Shown here one piece after another: positions 39,363 to 53,500 of a stretch of 64,000 nt of DNA. A model generated the notes under the pieces. That model saw nothing but the letters and a program-made list of their open reading frames with translations. It was not told the origin of the DNA and did not search any database. The position numbers and the translations under genes were made by a program. Each line of letters begins with the position of its first letter. The first letter of the stretch is position 1. Source of the stretch: Raillietiella orientalis (taxonomy: Eukaryota); contig JAYWIR010000014.1 in the NCBI GenBank assembly GCA_036172245.1, positions 62,001 through 126,000 on the forward strand, read 5' to 3'.

Positions 39363-41649
39363 CAGATCTCCTGAAAAACCTCTGTGCGAGCAGCCACAGC
39401 TTCTTGAAACACGGGATTTGATCACAATAACAGGCTGTTGTGACTCAACCACACGATCCTCAGTCACTGTCCTTTGGCGAAGAAAGAAAAAGAGGTCCAA
39501 AGTATTCGAAAGCCATAGACGGAATGGCAGTCAGTACCTATCAGACTTCCCCTGCTAGCCTGTCTTTCCATAACCTCATCCTCAATTTGTGATCTTCAAC
39601 CTGCCTAGATGGATGGCATGTTGTTTTAACTGAGAGTTCTTACAGCAGAAACGTCTTGGCTTCGTTTGTCTGACCTCTGTGTGCACAACAAAGATGGAAT
39701 TCATCCCGGAGGCCACCTGCCAGCACCTGTACTATCCTTGCTTAACAATTGAAGATTAATGAAAGTCCACGCAATGTGGGACTGCAGATATATCACACTT
39801 CATAAGCACGAAAGTGGTACCCACATCTCCTGGGTGCATTGATTCTCTGATATCTGTACTGGAAAGCTTCCCTGCTCAATGCATAATGAATTATGTATGT
39901 TCCTCCTAGTCTGCAAACCTATCTTGGTTGTTACCACGCTTATTGCAACCAGTTGTGTCTTATTAGTAGTTCCCTGCCAAGCCTTGATGGCATAGTTCGT
40001 AGACTATCTATTTTGTTTAAGTTTCTCTACATCTGAAGTGTTCTGTTTTCCTTAAAGAGATCACTGTATATAACGTCTTTTTCAGTCACCATTTTAAAAA
40101 GAAACCAAGAGTCCACACCAGACATGCAGTGTCATCTGCCAACAACAGAGACACATACAGAAGTTTCTTATCCTTCCGCTTATTGCAAGCAGCGCAGATG
40201 TTTACACAATAAACAACGTTTCCATTTTTCCATTTGGTGACTACAGCTTGTACAATCTCCTCTTAAAGTTAACTTCTCTTAAAATAAACCTTTTGTTCAT
40301 TCTCCCCCTGAGTTATATGCTCATAATATCACTTGGAAGAGTATTATCAGCCTTCGACAAAGGAGCTTTTATTAGAAATAATAGTTACTAAGATCCCGTA
40401 TCTTCATATTTTGAGTTAATACAAAGAATTCAGTATCTATTGTTTATTCCTTATTTGACTGGGTCAAAACCGAAAACCCGATACCTCTTCGTTTTGATTC
40501 TCACCGTGGTTTGATCTTAATTACTGCAACCTTTCTAAATGGTTTCGAAAATTGGGCTCATCGAGTACTTTTCGTTTTCGAATATAGAATCAGTGAATGA
40601 ATGATAACTGATGATACAACTATCTCTATCTGTGCATGGAGGTGTGCGCTGATACGTTCCGCCAAACTCTTTCAGATAATGGAAAATTGAATTCTCAAGG
40701 TATACTGAAAGGTCCCTTTGGTGGGGTTCACGCCTTAAAAACACAGCAGCTTTCTCATGACTTGCAAAATGTGAATACTCCAAACTTGTGCAAGCAGGTC
40801 GAATCAACCCTTCTGCTTTGATAACTAAGGGTCCAGTAGTCATCATGAAAACTAAAACGGAAGCTGACTTTGTAAATAGTGATTTGGGGCTCCATAAGCG
40901 AATCAATCTCGAAGCTGAACTGCACATGGGATTTAGAATTACTGCTCCTTATTATCAAATGTGCAGAAGACTGATCATATCCACGAAGAAAAACCGAACT
41001 TCATAGTGAGCGTTAGCAGTAGTAGTTGGGAAGGAACAGGGTGTGTCGTGAGGGGACACGTGAATGGGTGAATGAATAGACAAACCTAAACCAGTAGAAA
41101 CGAATAAGCAATTGTACATCCTCTGAATGTGCAGTTGGTGGGTATTGATTGTCAGCTGTCCGTCCGTTTTATTTTTCTGTCAGTCGGATACAGCCGCTCC
41201 ACATGGACCTGGAAGCAAACATGAAGTTTCTTGAGAGCCCATCTCTGAGGTCGATAGAGGAGGCTCCACAGGGAAACGTTTAGCACATTCTCATCAATGC
41301 CCAAGCAGCTGGTCTATAAAGCTGAATTTGGATGCAGATTATCAGCGGTCAACCGAACCGACATTTCTGTTTCAGCAGCTGTCTTTTTCAAACCACTGAG
41401 CATTTTTTCGGTGTGAGATGACGCCTCGATTCCATAGTGATTCTAGTCACAAACAAGAACGCAATGATTTTGGCTCGACCCATATCGCACTCGCTTGAAT
41501 TCTGCCTATGTTGGTTGTCCCAGTCCGACCTGCAGAGGGATGAATTTATTTAACAGCTTTCAAATAAGAGTTACAATAGCACATTTTTGAAGACACTTTT
41601 TCGAGTGTTCCTGCACAAAACTTCACACTGTTCACTTTGGAAAAAAACT

Positions 41650-42330
41650 TTCTCTGTTGGGGGAGGAGCAGTACACTCACTTGGCCACACTTGCCACCTT
41701 CTTCAAGATACTACACTTGTAGCGGTAAGCCAATGCGGGTACTATGCCGCAGTTCCTGATTCCAATCTCCCTCTTAATGACTCCTTGGAGGATGTTCGTG
41801 GCAGGCAATAGCGCTCCAGCTATCCTCATCTTTTTCCTTCTTATCACGATGCTCGTGATGTAGGGGGCAATGGTGGTGTGGACCATGAGATTGTATCGGG
41901 GAACTTTTTCATCTCCTCCAAACATTCCCGCCAAGATCGCCGTCTTCGTTTTCGTCTGCAGACCGGTCATCGCCTCCAGCGCTGTCCAATCCGTCAGGCA
42001 GATGAAAATGTGGAGCTGGGTTTCCCTATCTCCACAGATCTTGCATTGCTCGTCTTGGCTGTTGACTGTTCAACTTTGCTGTTGCTTCATTCGGAAGCCA
42101 CTCAGAATGCCTCCGTGGTAGGAGGTCATCCTGAGTGTCTGGTTCTAGGTCCCTCCTCCATATCATTGTGTCAACCGCTAGCAGGTTCATGTTCCGGATC
42201 CCATAGCGGCTGGCGGCCTTGTCCAGGGAGTTGTCTTCGTTGATGTCTTCACTTCCTCGCAGATTTTGTTTCTGGTGATCAGCCGCCACGCACTGGTCGC
42301 TTAATGCTTCCAGAGCCCGCGGGTCCTGTG
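41650..42330 (-). mobile_element. Degenerate 3' fragment of a non-LTR retrotransposon ORF2 (L1/Tx1-type zf-RVT region)
   Basis: The minus strand gives ...MIWRRDLEP.../...YHGGILSG...QCKICGDRETQLHIFICLTDW..., i.e. the CxxC...ET..H...C zinc knuckle found downstream of RT in L1-clade ORF2. Stops and frameshifts are present. Confidence 0.7.
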
Positions 42331-45055
42331 GCTGAATCTTCCTATCATTTTCGTGATGCAGCGATACACTCGAACTCTGTGGCAATTTGCCACTCGTGAC
42401 GAACCTTCGCGACCCCACTTAATGCACGAGTAGTTGCGAGCGAATTCGATTTCATGCAGAAGACAGCCACGAGCTGGAAACATGGAGATATTGCTTCCCC
42501 CTACTACCACGATTTTACAATCCTTTACATTTTTTACAACTTTTTTTTTTGATTTTGTTCTGTTTTTCTCGATCCCCTTTGTTCCCGTATCAAATCCCAA
42601 GAGGGAAGTGGAAAATAACTTTATTTGTTTTTTTGTACGTGGTAGAACCCAGTATTCTACCAAAAACTCTATATTTATTATTTTTATAATAAATGTCCTA
42701 GCAAATCCAGGTGAAAAACGATAAAAAGCAAAAAAATGAAAAAAACACTACGCTTTGCAATGCGGATGGAAAGAGGCGAGCACAGTTTTCTTAGCTGCAC
42801 ACCGTTATTGCTCTATTGCGAAAGTCGCATCTGGTGTCATCTGCATGCTACTTTAACAGCCTTCGGAGGGTGACGCTACTTTGCCATGGACTATGTCCCT
42901 TGGATAATAAAGGGAACCTTCGCAAAGGGTGAAGAGCGAACGTTTGATCTCCTAAGATGAGAGCTGGCGTATAACACGGGCGGTATTTTACTCCGTGCAA
43001 TAAGGCCGATCTCTGCAGTATCCCCTCGGTAGTTCCACTCCTCATGATGAACTTCGATGTAGGAAATGAACCAAAAGACATCTATCTGGTCCTTTTCCCA
43101 CCCATGCCACCAATCGAACTCTGCAGCTGAAAACACGAGTCGTGGTGCACACTCCTTCCGGTGTGCCGCTCAATTCAACGACCCGGAGGCGCCAGGTAAC
43201 TTGGGATCCGAACTTCATCTGTGCCCCAGGCACCCTTCTTCCCCTTCCTGACTCTGACCGGGGTGCCCTTGCATTCCCTGTCGGAGGTCACCACATTTTC
43301 GGAGAAGGGAAAACTCGAAAGGCGGATGAGCAGCACTCGCGCGATGCGAGCGTCTGGAAGGTCACCTTGCTGCGTCTTCTGGAGTAGTCAGGTGAACCAG
43401 GAATGTGGCGAGGTCAGTGGCTTCCACGACGGAGTGAGAAATCGTCTTCTTCGTTGCGAGTCTGGCCCTGTGCCCCCATATCTCGCGCACAACCCTCTGA
43501 GGGGTTGGCCCCGATACTTGTGCGAGGTGTCACGTGCCATCCGTTCGAGGGGCGAACGGAACGGGATCAGATGGACGCGTCATGACCCGCGCTCCTCCTC
43601 ACCTCTTTTTTTCATCCCCTTTTTATCGATCGGGTTGCATTCGTCTCGTGAAGCTGATCGGCTGGTGTTCTCCGCATCCTCCGACGTCCGGGGCTCTGAA
43701 GCGAGCCGTCGTTCTCTGGCTCTCACTCCGCTCTTCTGGATGCTTCTGCAATCTTCATATGAGTGTCGTCCTGGAATCTTTCAGACGGGAGTAGAGTGAG
43801 GATTCATTAGACATCCTCCATGAAGCCTGCGGAAAAAGGCGACCTCTTGCTCCGCCTCGGGTTCCCGTGAAGCAGGAATGAACGTCAGATGCTTTGGGAT
43901 TCGAGATGTTCTGCTTTAAGTTCCCTTTCGCCCATCGCGTTGCTCTCACCCTATGGGAGGAAGAGTCTCCCCTCCTCTCCTCCCCTCCGTCCTTCGCCCA
44001 CTAGGGGAGACACTCTGTTGTGAGTTCAGAGTTTCCACGACTACTCGACCGACCGCTGCACACCAGGTGGACCTGCAGGAAAGGGAACCAGGTTGGTCTG
44101 TTCCAGACCGAGATCTGCTCATTTCCTTCTGCAGTCTTCCTTTTTTCCGGTTTGAACATTGAATTGGGATTTCGGTCGAAACACCACCCTGCTCTCCCAA
44201 GCTCCTAGATGGCGCCACGAGGGCCGCGCACCCAAGTGACACCATTTCAAGGCCCCTTTAGAAACAGAAGGATCACACGGTTTCTTCTGGTAAATGGAAT
44301 TCTAGGAAAATGGAACGCGTTGATGTCATAGAAAGCATCCCCCCCTCCTCGTATCTCAATTATTCCTTCTGACAGGGTCCCCACAGCAATCTGACGCCAG
44401 TCCGAAACCTCATCGTATGACTTAACATCGCAACCTTTGTATCAGTAGAAAATCCGTCGAAACAGCTTTCGTTGCTCATCTGCCGATGAGCAATGAAAGT
44501 TACTTTGGCCACTAACCACTGTTTAAGTTTGTAATGCAACACGTAAGGCGTCTTAGTCTTAAGAACTGCACCTCATTCCATTGGTAAGGGCCCGTTAGCA
44601 AGTGTGTTTTGAAGAGCGTGGTTTTTGACTTGCTGCGCGTGCCATCTGCCCAATCCCTGTGAAAACTTCAAATGGGAAAAGCGGTTTAAACAAACCAAAA
44701 ACTCAAAACAGTATTTAAAGGACTGGATACAGAACTTGAGAAATGGCCACTTAAAATACAGAGCATTGCTTGCAGGACAATCATGATAGCTTGCAGATGC
44801 TGTCTTGTGCTGACGTACTTTTCCCACTAGAGGCCCCGAAGCAATTACAATCTTGAAACAGATAGTGACCCTTAAAAATATTTGGCATCTACAAACATTC
44901 AAGGTTATTTGAACTCTGTATTTCGGGCATATGAACAACTTTATGGCACAAGCAACTGTTAAGTTCTTGTTTAAGTTTTCTCAAAAATTACGATTGAAGG
45001 GCATCAGCAGCAGATTTTGATCATGAGATCTTTGTCATGGTGTGTCGAAAGTTGA

Positions 45056-45866
45056 TTTGCCCGCGTCGGAGGCCGTTATTGGTTACGGTGGTCTCCGCGA
45101 TCGGCACCATGCGTCGTGGGTTCGAAAACTCCGAAGGAACCGACGCAGTGCGTCGTGGGTTCCGAGTTCACCCCACAAGATGACGCTGGTTGGCCTACAT
45201 TCATCGGGGTGCGGCACTGGTAGCGGTTCAAACCGGATTTCCTCGATGAGGGCCGGGACAAATGGGAGTCGACATCCGGGTCCTTCCAGGAATCACGGAG
45301 TGGGAGCTCCCCTCCGGTTTTGAAGGAGCGGACCCCCCATTCCGGGGGGAACCTCTCCGCGACAGACTGATGGAGTAGGTATGTCGCCACCACCGCTCCA
45401 GAGAGTGCAGAGACGCGAGTCGATCCCTTCGGAGAAGCTGCGTCCTTCTGAATTTCGGAAATGTCCCATCTGAAGAGAAGCTTCAGAGGAGTAAAAATAG
45501 GAGCGGATCCCTCTCGGGGGATCCCTCCGGAGAAGAGATTCCAGGAGCGGATCCCTTGCGGGGGATCCCTCTGGAGAAGAAATTCCAGGAGAGGATCCTT
45601 TCCGAGTTCCCTTCAGAAAAGAAAAACTGGAGCGGACTCCTCCAAGGGTCTCTTCGGTGAGAATAAGGAAGGATTCCCCTTCGGAGACAACCAGGGTGGA
45701 GGTGATCTCCATTTCCGGGGATCCCTTTCCAGGCATGAGAGGAACGGACTCCGAGTCCTTTCTGGATTCATAGGGCGGACCGCTCCCGGGGCACTCCCTA
45801 TCTTGAAGAATACCCACCCTCGGGTGGCGTGGAACCGTGTCGAAGAACTGCGAAGACAGAAAAGGA
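45056..45866 (-). mobile_element. 811-bp GC-rich repeat element, copy 2 (inverted relative to copy 1)
   Basis: Same length as, and the reverse complement of, 28052-28862. No mismatches in the segments I compared. Confidence 0.85.
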
Positions 45867-47271
45867 TTTCCATCATCTGTAAATTCTGAGTATGTACAAA
45901 GAACGTTTCGAGTATGAGCTTCGAAACATCAGTGATTTCCTTCCAAAAACTAATATCACAACCTATGCTTTGGCTGCCATTCATTTGCAAATACAATTTC
46001 GGATCATATTGTAATGAGAAATTTTGTTACGGTAGCATGGAGGTTCCCGCTGTTTGAGTCAGTAAAATGTTGCGGCGCTTCCAACATCATTTTGCTCGTT
46101 GTAATGATTTCGAGTTGAGCTTTAGTGTATATTGGTACACTGTTGGTGCAAACGAGAACCATACTTCGTCCTCGTTGTCAATTTAATTACTGAATACGAA
46201 ATGTAATCGTGCGCTACTAAAATTGGATGGCCTGCCTGCTTACACAGTCTGTGATTGTTCTAACTTCATTTCTACCTGCTGGTCAAACAGCTGATACTGT
46301 CAAATTGCTTAAGTTTGGGTGTTGGGCTAAAGCCCTCGTTTACACAATTCCTCTGCGAGGATAGTCGTTTCTTGTAGAACTTTCAAACGGTCACGTATGT
46401 GTATATGCGTTAACCCGCGCAAAGCGTGACCGCGCACCGTTTGTTGACTGCGTTGCTAAGCGACCAACGTTGATTCGCTAACAAAGGGTGCGAACAAAGC
46501 CTGTGCCATCGAAGCATCAAAAGGCCAACTGCAATGAGGTATTCCGGCGAGAAAGTTTCAAGGAAGACTCCACTGATCTTGTAGTTCCAATTTATGAAAG
46601 CATTTTCTTTGGTCAAATCTGGTAGTGTCATTATTACAAGATTGTGAGTTACGTTCGCAGAATTGAGGTAAATAATTTGCAAATGCTCGGCTTAACTTTT
46701 TTGGTCAACATCCCTCATTATGAATATTTGAGATTTACTGATGTTTTAGAAATTTTTGTGTACGAGTAGTAAACTTTGAAAAATCTGAAGAATTTTAGAG
46801 ATGAACTTGCGAGCGGCAATTTCGGTTACAGATACGGACAAATAATGCATCTGTCGACCGAAATAACACATAGTACAGTGGAAATTAGAATTCTAGAGCA
46901 TCTGCAACTAGTGTTTGCCCCACATGAAAGCTGCCGGGATACGTATTAAAAAGGATATTTTTCAAAATACTTATAACAACTGAAAACCGCGCTCTCGGCT
47001 TAGCATTTCAATCCAATTAAGCAGTGCATCTAGCAAAGGAGATGCATCTTTTATTTAATTAGAAACAAGCAAAAAATAAAAGACAAAACTGAAGCTCTGC
47101 TTTCAGCAAAATTATATTCTCAGATAATTTCCAGTGTATTGATTGGTTGTCAATAAACAGGCAGATTGATACTTTTGTTGAGAAAGATTCTCTCATTTAA
47201 AAAAATTCAGCACATTTACATTTTTAATACAGGAAAGGTGATGCACTTAAATTCCTCTAAATTGAATCAAA

Positions 47272-47845
47272 TTACAAGTATCCTTTCAGCATTGCTGCAT
47301 ATCTTACAAACATCACCAAACTGAAAACATGGATATTATATGCACTAATAGTCATGCAATTACATTTACCTTAAGAGGGCTATTCCTCCAGCAGGCAGCA
47401 GTTTACCACTTGAAACAAACCTGCTTCCCATCAAACCCAACAAACATCCACTACTTATAAGAGAGACATAACAATTCCTGGGATCAAGGGAGGCTTGATA
47501 GGCACCAAACCCTATCACTGATCCAAACAGTAGACCAGCACCAAGTGAATAAACACTGCCTACAATGCACAGTTTTAACCAAAAGAAGTATAAACAGTAA
47601 AGGTGAACTCATAACTTATATGAAAGAGTGTATTTACATCTATATAACACAAGTATTGATGAAAAAGCTAAAAATTCTTCAACGGCAGTACTCTTGCAAT
47701 GAAGAATTATAACAAATCTCCACAAGTATTGTGTGTAACAAGGCGGAAACCGTAATAAATAAAATATACCTGCTTTAAGATAACCTACAACACCACCGGC
47801 AGCAACGACGGCAGCGTATACGTATCCAAACACGTCTGCACCCAT
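47272..47845 (-). CDS. TMEM14C: Transmembrane protein 14 (TMEM14C-like, UPF0136)
   Basis: Exons 47845-47770, 47559-47370 and 47320-47272 give [54 protein letters not shown]...[36 protein letters not shown]. Confidence 0.94.
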
Positions 47846-50516
47846 TCTTATCGGCGATGACGGCAACTGCTGGTTTTTCCAAAGTCCCAATATCCAAACT
47901 CGCGGTCTAGGGGTACCAAGACCATTCAAGACTTTTTGTAGCAACTACATTGATTACTGAATACAGTTTAAGGAATTGTGAGAAAGATGGAATACATATT
48001 GATTTTTTTCCCCTAAATATACACCTATTTTAATTCAAGTAAAAGATATATTTACTGCAGCGATCAATCAAGGAGAGAATGTGGTTTGAACTCGATGGTG
48101 TGGATATTAAGTAACTAACACAATAAGGTGCCTTGATTGAAATTAATTTTGTACTGCAATAGATTCTCAAGACTGCATCGTATTAACTTTCAATTCTTCA
48201 ATGATATATTTATTCGGACATTGATTATTTAAAAATAAATAAATCAAGAGCAGTTCTAATATCAAAGATAAAGAAAAGAAACCAACGAAGAAGGTCTGGA
48301 AAAATGATTGGAGTTTGCTTTTCAGATATGCCTGTTTTTAGTCATGTACACTTCTTCAAGTAGCATATTATTGTTTCATTTTGCATTTATGTGTTTGAGT
48401 GTTAAATAAATATGACGAATAATAACTTATCTAATAAGTGTACCTCAGCAAATTCATATACTATATCTTCAACATAAGCATAGGTATTGAAATCAGAAAA
48501 CATCATGACATATTAATAAACTGTATTAGTTGTTCGTGAATTAGATCGCAAATAATTATCCTATCAAAGTGGTATGAATAACTTTCATTGTTCAGAAATA
48601 CAGATTTGGATTGAGAAACATTCAGAAGCCCAAATGCAACATTCTGGGGAATTAAAAAATACATGTTTGTCCATTAGAAGAAATGTTCAGAAATGTTCGT
48701 AACTTCTGATTAGCATAATTACTAACTTTTTTCAAAGATGTCAACAAACTCGTAGGAAGTGATCGGTGGGTTGTTTGCCTGAAGCCTTAAGGGCATGCAG
48801 AACGTTAGGGAAGACCAAATTTCGCAAGTCCATTCCTGACAATGTAATTTAGTTTTCCATCAAACTAATGAAAATTGTCGTGTTTGCTTGAATATTTTGC
48901 TCAAACCGATGCTGTAATTCATTCAATGGTCATTTGTTTGTCAAAAAGAAGACTGCTCTGTAAGACTAACAATGAAGTAGTTCAAAGTGCATGTTCGCAA
49001 AATCTAGTTACTTCTAGCCATAAAAATATGAATTCATTAAAAATTTGTCTCCAAGATTTTCAACGACTATTTCCTGAAAACAAACCTGAAGAAAATAAAA
49101 ATCTTCGCTCGAACAGACCTGAACAATGGAAATGTTTTGCTTGAAAAAATCATATTGCATACTCTTCGCTGTAATGCTCACAGATATACATCGTAATTAG
49201 AAAAGTTGACTATTACCTGATTATTCCCTCAGTTCCTTAAATCATTACTCCAATTTGTAACTTCCCCCATGGAGTTTATCCTAAAATCTCTTTTTTCCTG
49301 TGCAGACGTACATAGAATGTAAGCATGTTCCATACTGTAATACTCCCCATTGTCACGAATTTTTCCAACTTCTATAAGTATGTCACTGTATTCTTCCTTC
49401 CCATATTCAGATCCTGTCTTTGCACAGAATTATCATTTGTGGTAAAATATGCCCAAAACAATTCTTTTCTTAATAAACCAAGGTCCACAAAAAATCAGAC
49501 AAAAACTTTCCCTTGATGAAATATGACTTGCATTGTCTAAAGAGTGCGTGAAACAAGTTTGAGCACGCTATTGGTAAGTAATTGCACACTTATGCTACAA
49601 TTTCATTGCTGTAGATAGAAACTGTTGGTTCTTTTGAAATGCAAACTCCTCAACCGAGACAAGTGCTCTTACGAAGCATGCAAAATTTCATGTATGCAAT
49701 GACCATTCCTGTTTAGAGTGTAGTATACTCGCTGAACAGGATTCGTCCCGAGGTGCACAATTACCACCGCAACGCTCTTTTTATGTCGCTGTAAATAGGC
49801 AGGTGACCATCCGTATAAGTCTGTCACATACTCCAAATAAGATTACGCAGTAGTAAAACACAGCTTTATGGCAGGATTTTTTTATTTCTCCTTCGTAAAC
49901 GTGATCTGTCATTATCGTGATATCACAATTTTACCAAATGAATTTGACGTACGAAACATTCTTGGCAGCATTTGAAATAAAAAATTGATGCAGAATAGGT
50001 GAGCTTGCAAAGCAAAAATCGACAAAAAGTTTACAAAACAACGTCGGACTCCCAGAGAATCAAATCTATCGGAAAACACACAATTTAAGCGGGAACCAAA
50101 ACCTGAAGATTACGTTTTAAAGGTGACAAACAGAATTTTGAGCAAATAGAATACACATCTGCTCTTGAAGGCAGGTCCACATGAAAAATGAAATCCTTTG
50201 CATAACCAAAATATTTATGAATCATTCAATGCATTTCTTACAAACGTAATCTTTGTTAAGTTAACAATAAGTTTCTGCAACCAATGGCAAATTTCCAATC
50301 CACTGCTCTTTCCATATATATGAAATGCACACAGGTTACAGCTTGGAGTTCCATGTTACGAGCATTGGAGGAAACAAAAATGTAAAAGGATGTCAGCAAC
50401 ATGTTAAATAGTAGCATGAAACTATCACAGATCAAATGTTACTAGCACCATATTGTAAAGATAAGCATAACACACATTTACGTTTGCAGATCATATCTGC
50501 TGATAGATCCGTTTTA

Positions 50517-53500
50517 TCATGCTTGATCTAAGGAAGGGGATGATATTTTTTTATTTCTTGTTAAGCGATCCAGTTCTGCAGCTGCATCCGACCTAACATC
50601 TATCAACACCTTATGAAAACTAAGTACCACCACATGCTTACTTACTGGAATCACCAGTATTCTTCAACAGATTTCCCACAGGTGAATTGGACTTTTTACT
50701 CAAGAGAGAATTGAAAAAATTGGCCAGAACACCTTCTGAAGCTGTTACTCCTGCACCAATTGGTTTGCTTCCATCAACCTAAAAAAACAAATACATTATA
50801 TATATGCACATGTCTTTGGATTTTCAGAACCAAACAATAAATACTGAAACAGCATGAAATTGTTTGGTGTATAATTTTGTTTGGACTCTTAATTCTGAAA
50901 TGCAATTACAAATACAATTTCAAATAAAGTTTTTTGTCTCAAGATGGGGGATCAAAGAAAACTCCATTCTAAAATATATGGAATGGAGTTTACAGTTTGT
51001 TGATCTCAATGAAGTGGAGAGCACAAAGAGTCACAAATTGTGTTTCCTTTGAAACTACAACCTGTTTTACAACCTAATTACCTTAATGCTTACACGATTT
51101 CGTAAGTAAATACTCACCTTTTTAGGTGAGGGAATTTGTCCAGCTACAGGTGAGCTGGCCAAACGCCTCTCAGCAGATTTTGGAATGCTTACAGCATTTG
51201 GACTGCGAAGAGATATTTCTTGCCGATTGCTGTTAGGCGAGAAATTGCCACCTGCTACTTGCTGAAGAAATTGCTGCTGCCGATACAAAAATAATTGGGT
51301 GTCCTCAGCCTGCACTTCACTCTCTCGAGCTGCAGGCTGCAAAACTTGACAGTTGATTAAAAACGAAAGAAGGAAAATACCTTATAAGGCACAAGATGTG
51401 TGATAACATCTGTGTAGTAGTCATCAGTTTTGATAGCTGTAAAGTTCTCAAGAAGAATATTAATTTTACTTTCATTATCCCAGCCCGCTGGTCTGAAACA
51501 AGTGTCATAAAGCAAACAGAAGCATTACTCACATGAATACAGCATCTTTTTCAACAACCAATGCTGGTGTCTTGAAAGGCAAGCCATAAATACGATGTAC
51601 TAAATACTGGTATAGCAAATCACAGTTTTTGTCCTCCTTAACAGAAGTATAGCATAAGGCAGCTCCATACTGAAGACAAAAGTGCCTTAAATTCTGCTGG
51701 ATGAAATCAAATTTCTCTTCCTTGTAGTCATATTGTGTTTCCAATGCAGTCATATAGTCTGTCTGAAAGCCCTGTGGAATGTACTGTTGCTAAATACCTA
51801 CCTTGGAAACAACGACTATAATATCCATTCCCAAATTACGGGTAAGTACGTTATTTGGAAGAGGGAGAAATACATCATCTTCCAGTAGCTTTGAAGATCT
51901 CTTCAGTGAAACAACAGTTTGCTCAAATTCATCACCAGGTTCCACATACTCCTGCCACTTCTTAATCACTGGATGATGATGATACAATTTAGAAAATGGC
52001 TAATGTAACACTTACTTTGATTCTGCCTGTCTTTGATGACATTAGCTGACAAATCCAGATTATCAATATGATCTTGCAGTAAACATGCCCAATTGTGAAG
52101 ACTATCCATAATTGCCCATGGCTGTGTCATAGACACCACAAAAATGACTAATGTATGAGCATAACTATCTTCATTCAAGCTAAATTTCAGTAAATGAGAG
52201 TAACTAGGAAGTCCATCCAAAACCCAAACTCCCAATCGGGTATGATCTGGGAAATGGAATGATGGCATAAACCAAGCAAACTTTAGTACAGTACTAGAAA
52301 CTTGCTGCAACCCTTGTATCAAATAGATTGCAGAGTGTGTTTGTCTGTTACACAATCTATGATATTAATCATAAAAGTATGGCACATATTTCAAAGATAA
52401 TTTAATTCACACAAAAAGATGACAACAAAAGACTAAATTTACACTCAACAAACCAACAAATTAATGTAACCAAATTTCTATGAAAACATGAGCTGCAATC
52501 ACACTGTTCTGTTTTGTTTTTTTTTCTTAAAAACCTGAAGGAAAAGAATCAAATCATCTGACACATATTCTGGGATATTCTGAAACATCCTGAAAGGTTT
52601 GAGGTTCTACATCAAAAACTACCAAAAGAGCCTAAGCTGAAAGCAGCCTGATATCCAAAAAGAATTTTCATAGAATTTGTTTCAGAAGTGAGAGAACTTT
52701 GACTAATTCTAATTCTCAAGAAGAAACAGAATGCACATCTTACTACAACTGGATTTATGTGATCACTTTCAGTCATCATACAAAACATTAACATACCATC
52801 TCGATCTTCATCTCTAACATCAATATATGAATATTCCAAACCACAGCCTTTCTTGAGATCTTCATTGCCTTGTAATTTGGCAACTAAAGTTGTTTTTCCA
52901 GATTCATTGTCACCTAATGCAAAAAACAGGCAATATCCAGAGATTCACAAAATGAATCATACCTAATAGAAGAATATTTTTACATGATGGCAATTTATTC
53001 CGTTCACTCACTCGTACTTCTTCCAAAATAGACGCCCTGAAAATAAAATAGGAATAACAGTACATTTAAGTTTTGATTTTAACAAAACAATGGACCAAAA
53101 CCAAAAGCACAATCATTAGCATTTGATGTACTGCACATTAGAAACGCTGACATTAAAAAAGATGCTTGCAATTCCATTTCCACATGCACTAAATGAAGAG
53201 AGGGAAGTGTTATTCACCACTTCGTAAACACATGCATATATACATAGCAATGTTTCCAAGATTTGTTTTTTAACGGATGCAACCAGAATACTGCTACCAC
53301 ACACATATAAAAATATTTCACTCTAACATTCATAAGTAAACTAACTTAATACGTTAGATTCAACAGATTTGTAATTAAAATGTGCTTCTATTCGAAATTT
53401 ATCCATCAAAAAATTGCAACATACACACATCGCAAAACATACTGCAAACGTGCAAACAGAGAGTACTTTACCAAATATTTTCCTCTGATGCATCTGAATT

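Noticed and set aside
40636..41006. GILKGPFGG as a degenerate P-loop in short ORFs
   Set aside because: It lacks the GK(S/T) core and the surrounding frames are interrupted.
42891..43136. YIEVHHEEWNY...EIGLI, reminiscent of a trypsin-like protease segment
   Set aside because: No TAAHC or GDSGG motifs nearby.
28038..45876. Autonomous Polinton/Maverick suggested by size and long inverted repeats
   Set aside because: No protein-primed polymerase B, integrase, ATPase or capsid ORFs, no AG...CT termini and no 6-bp target-site duplication.
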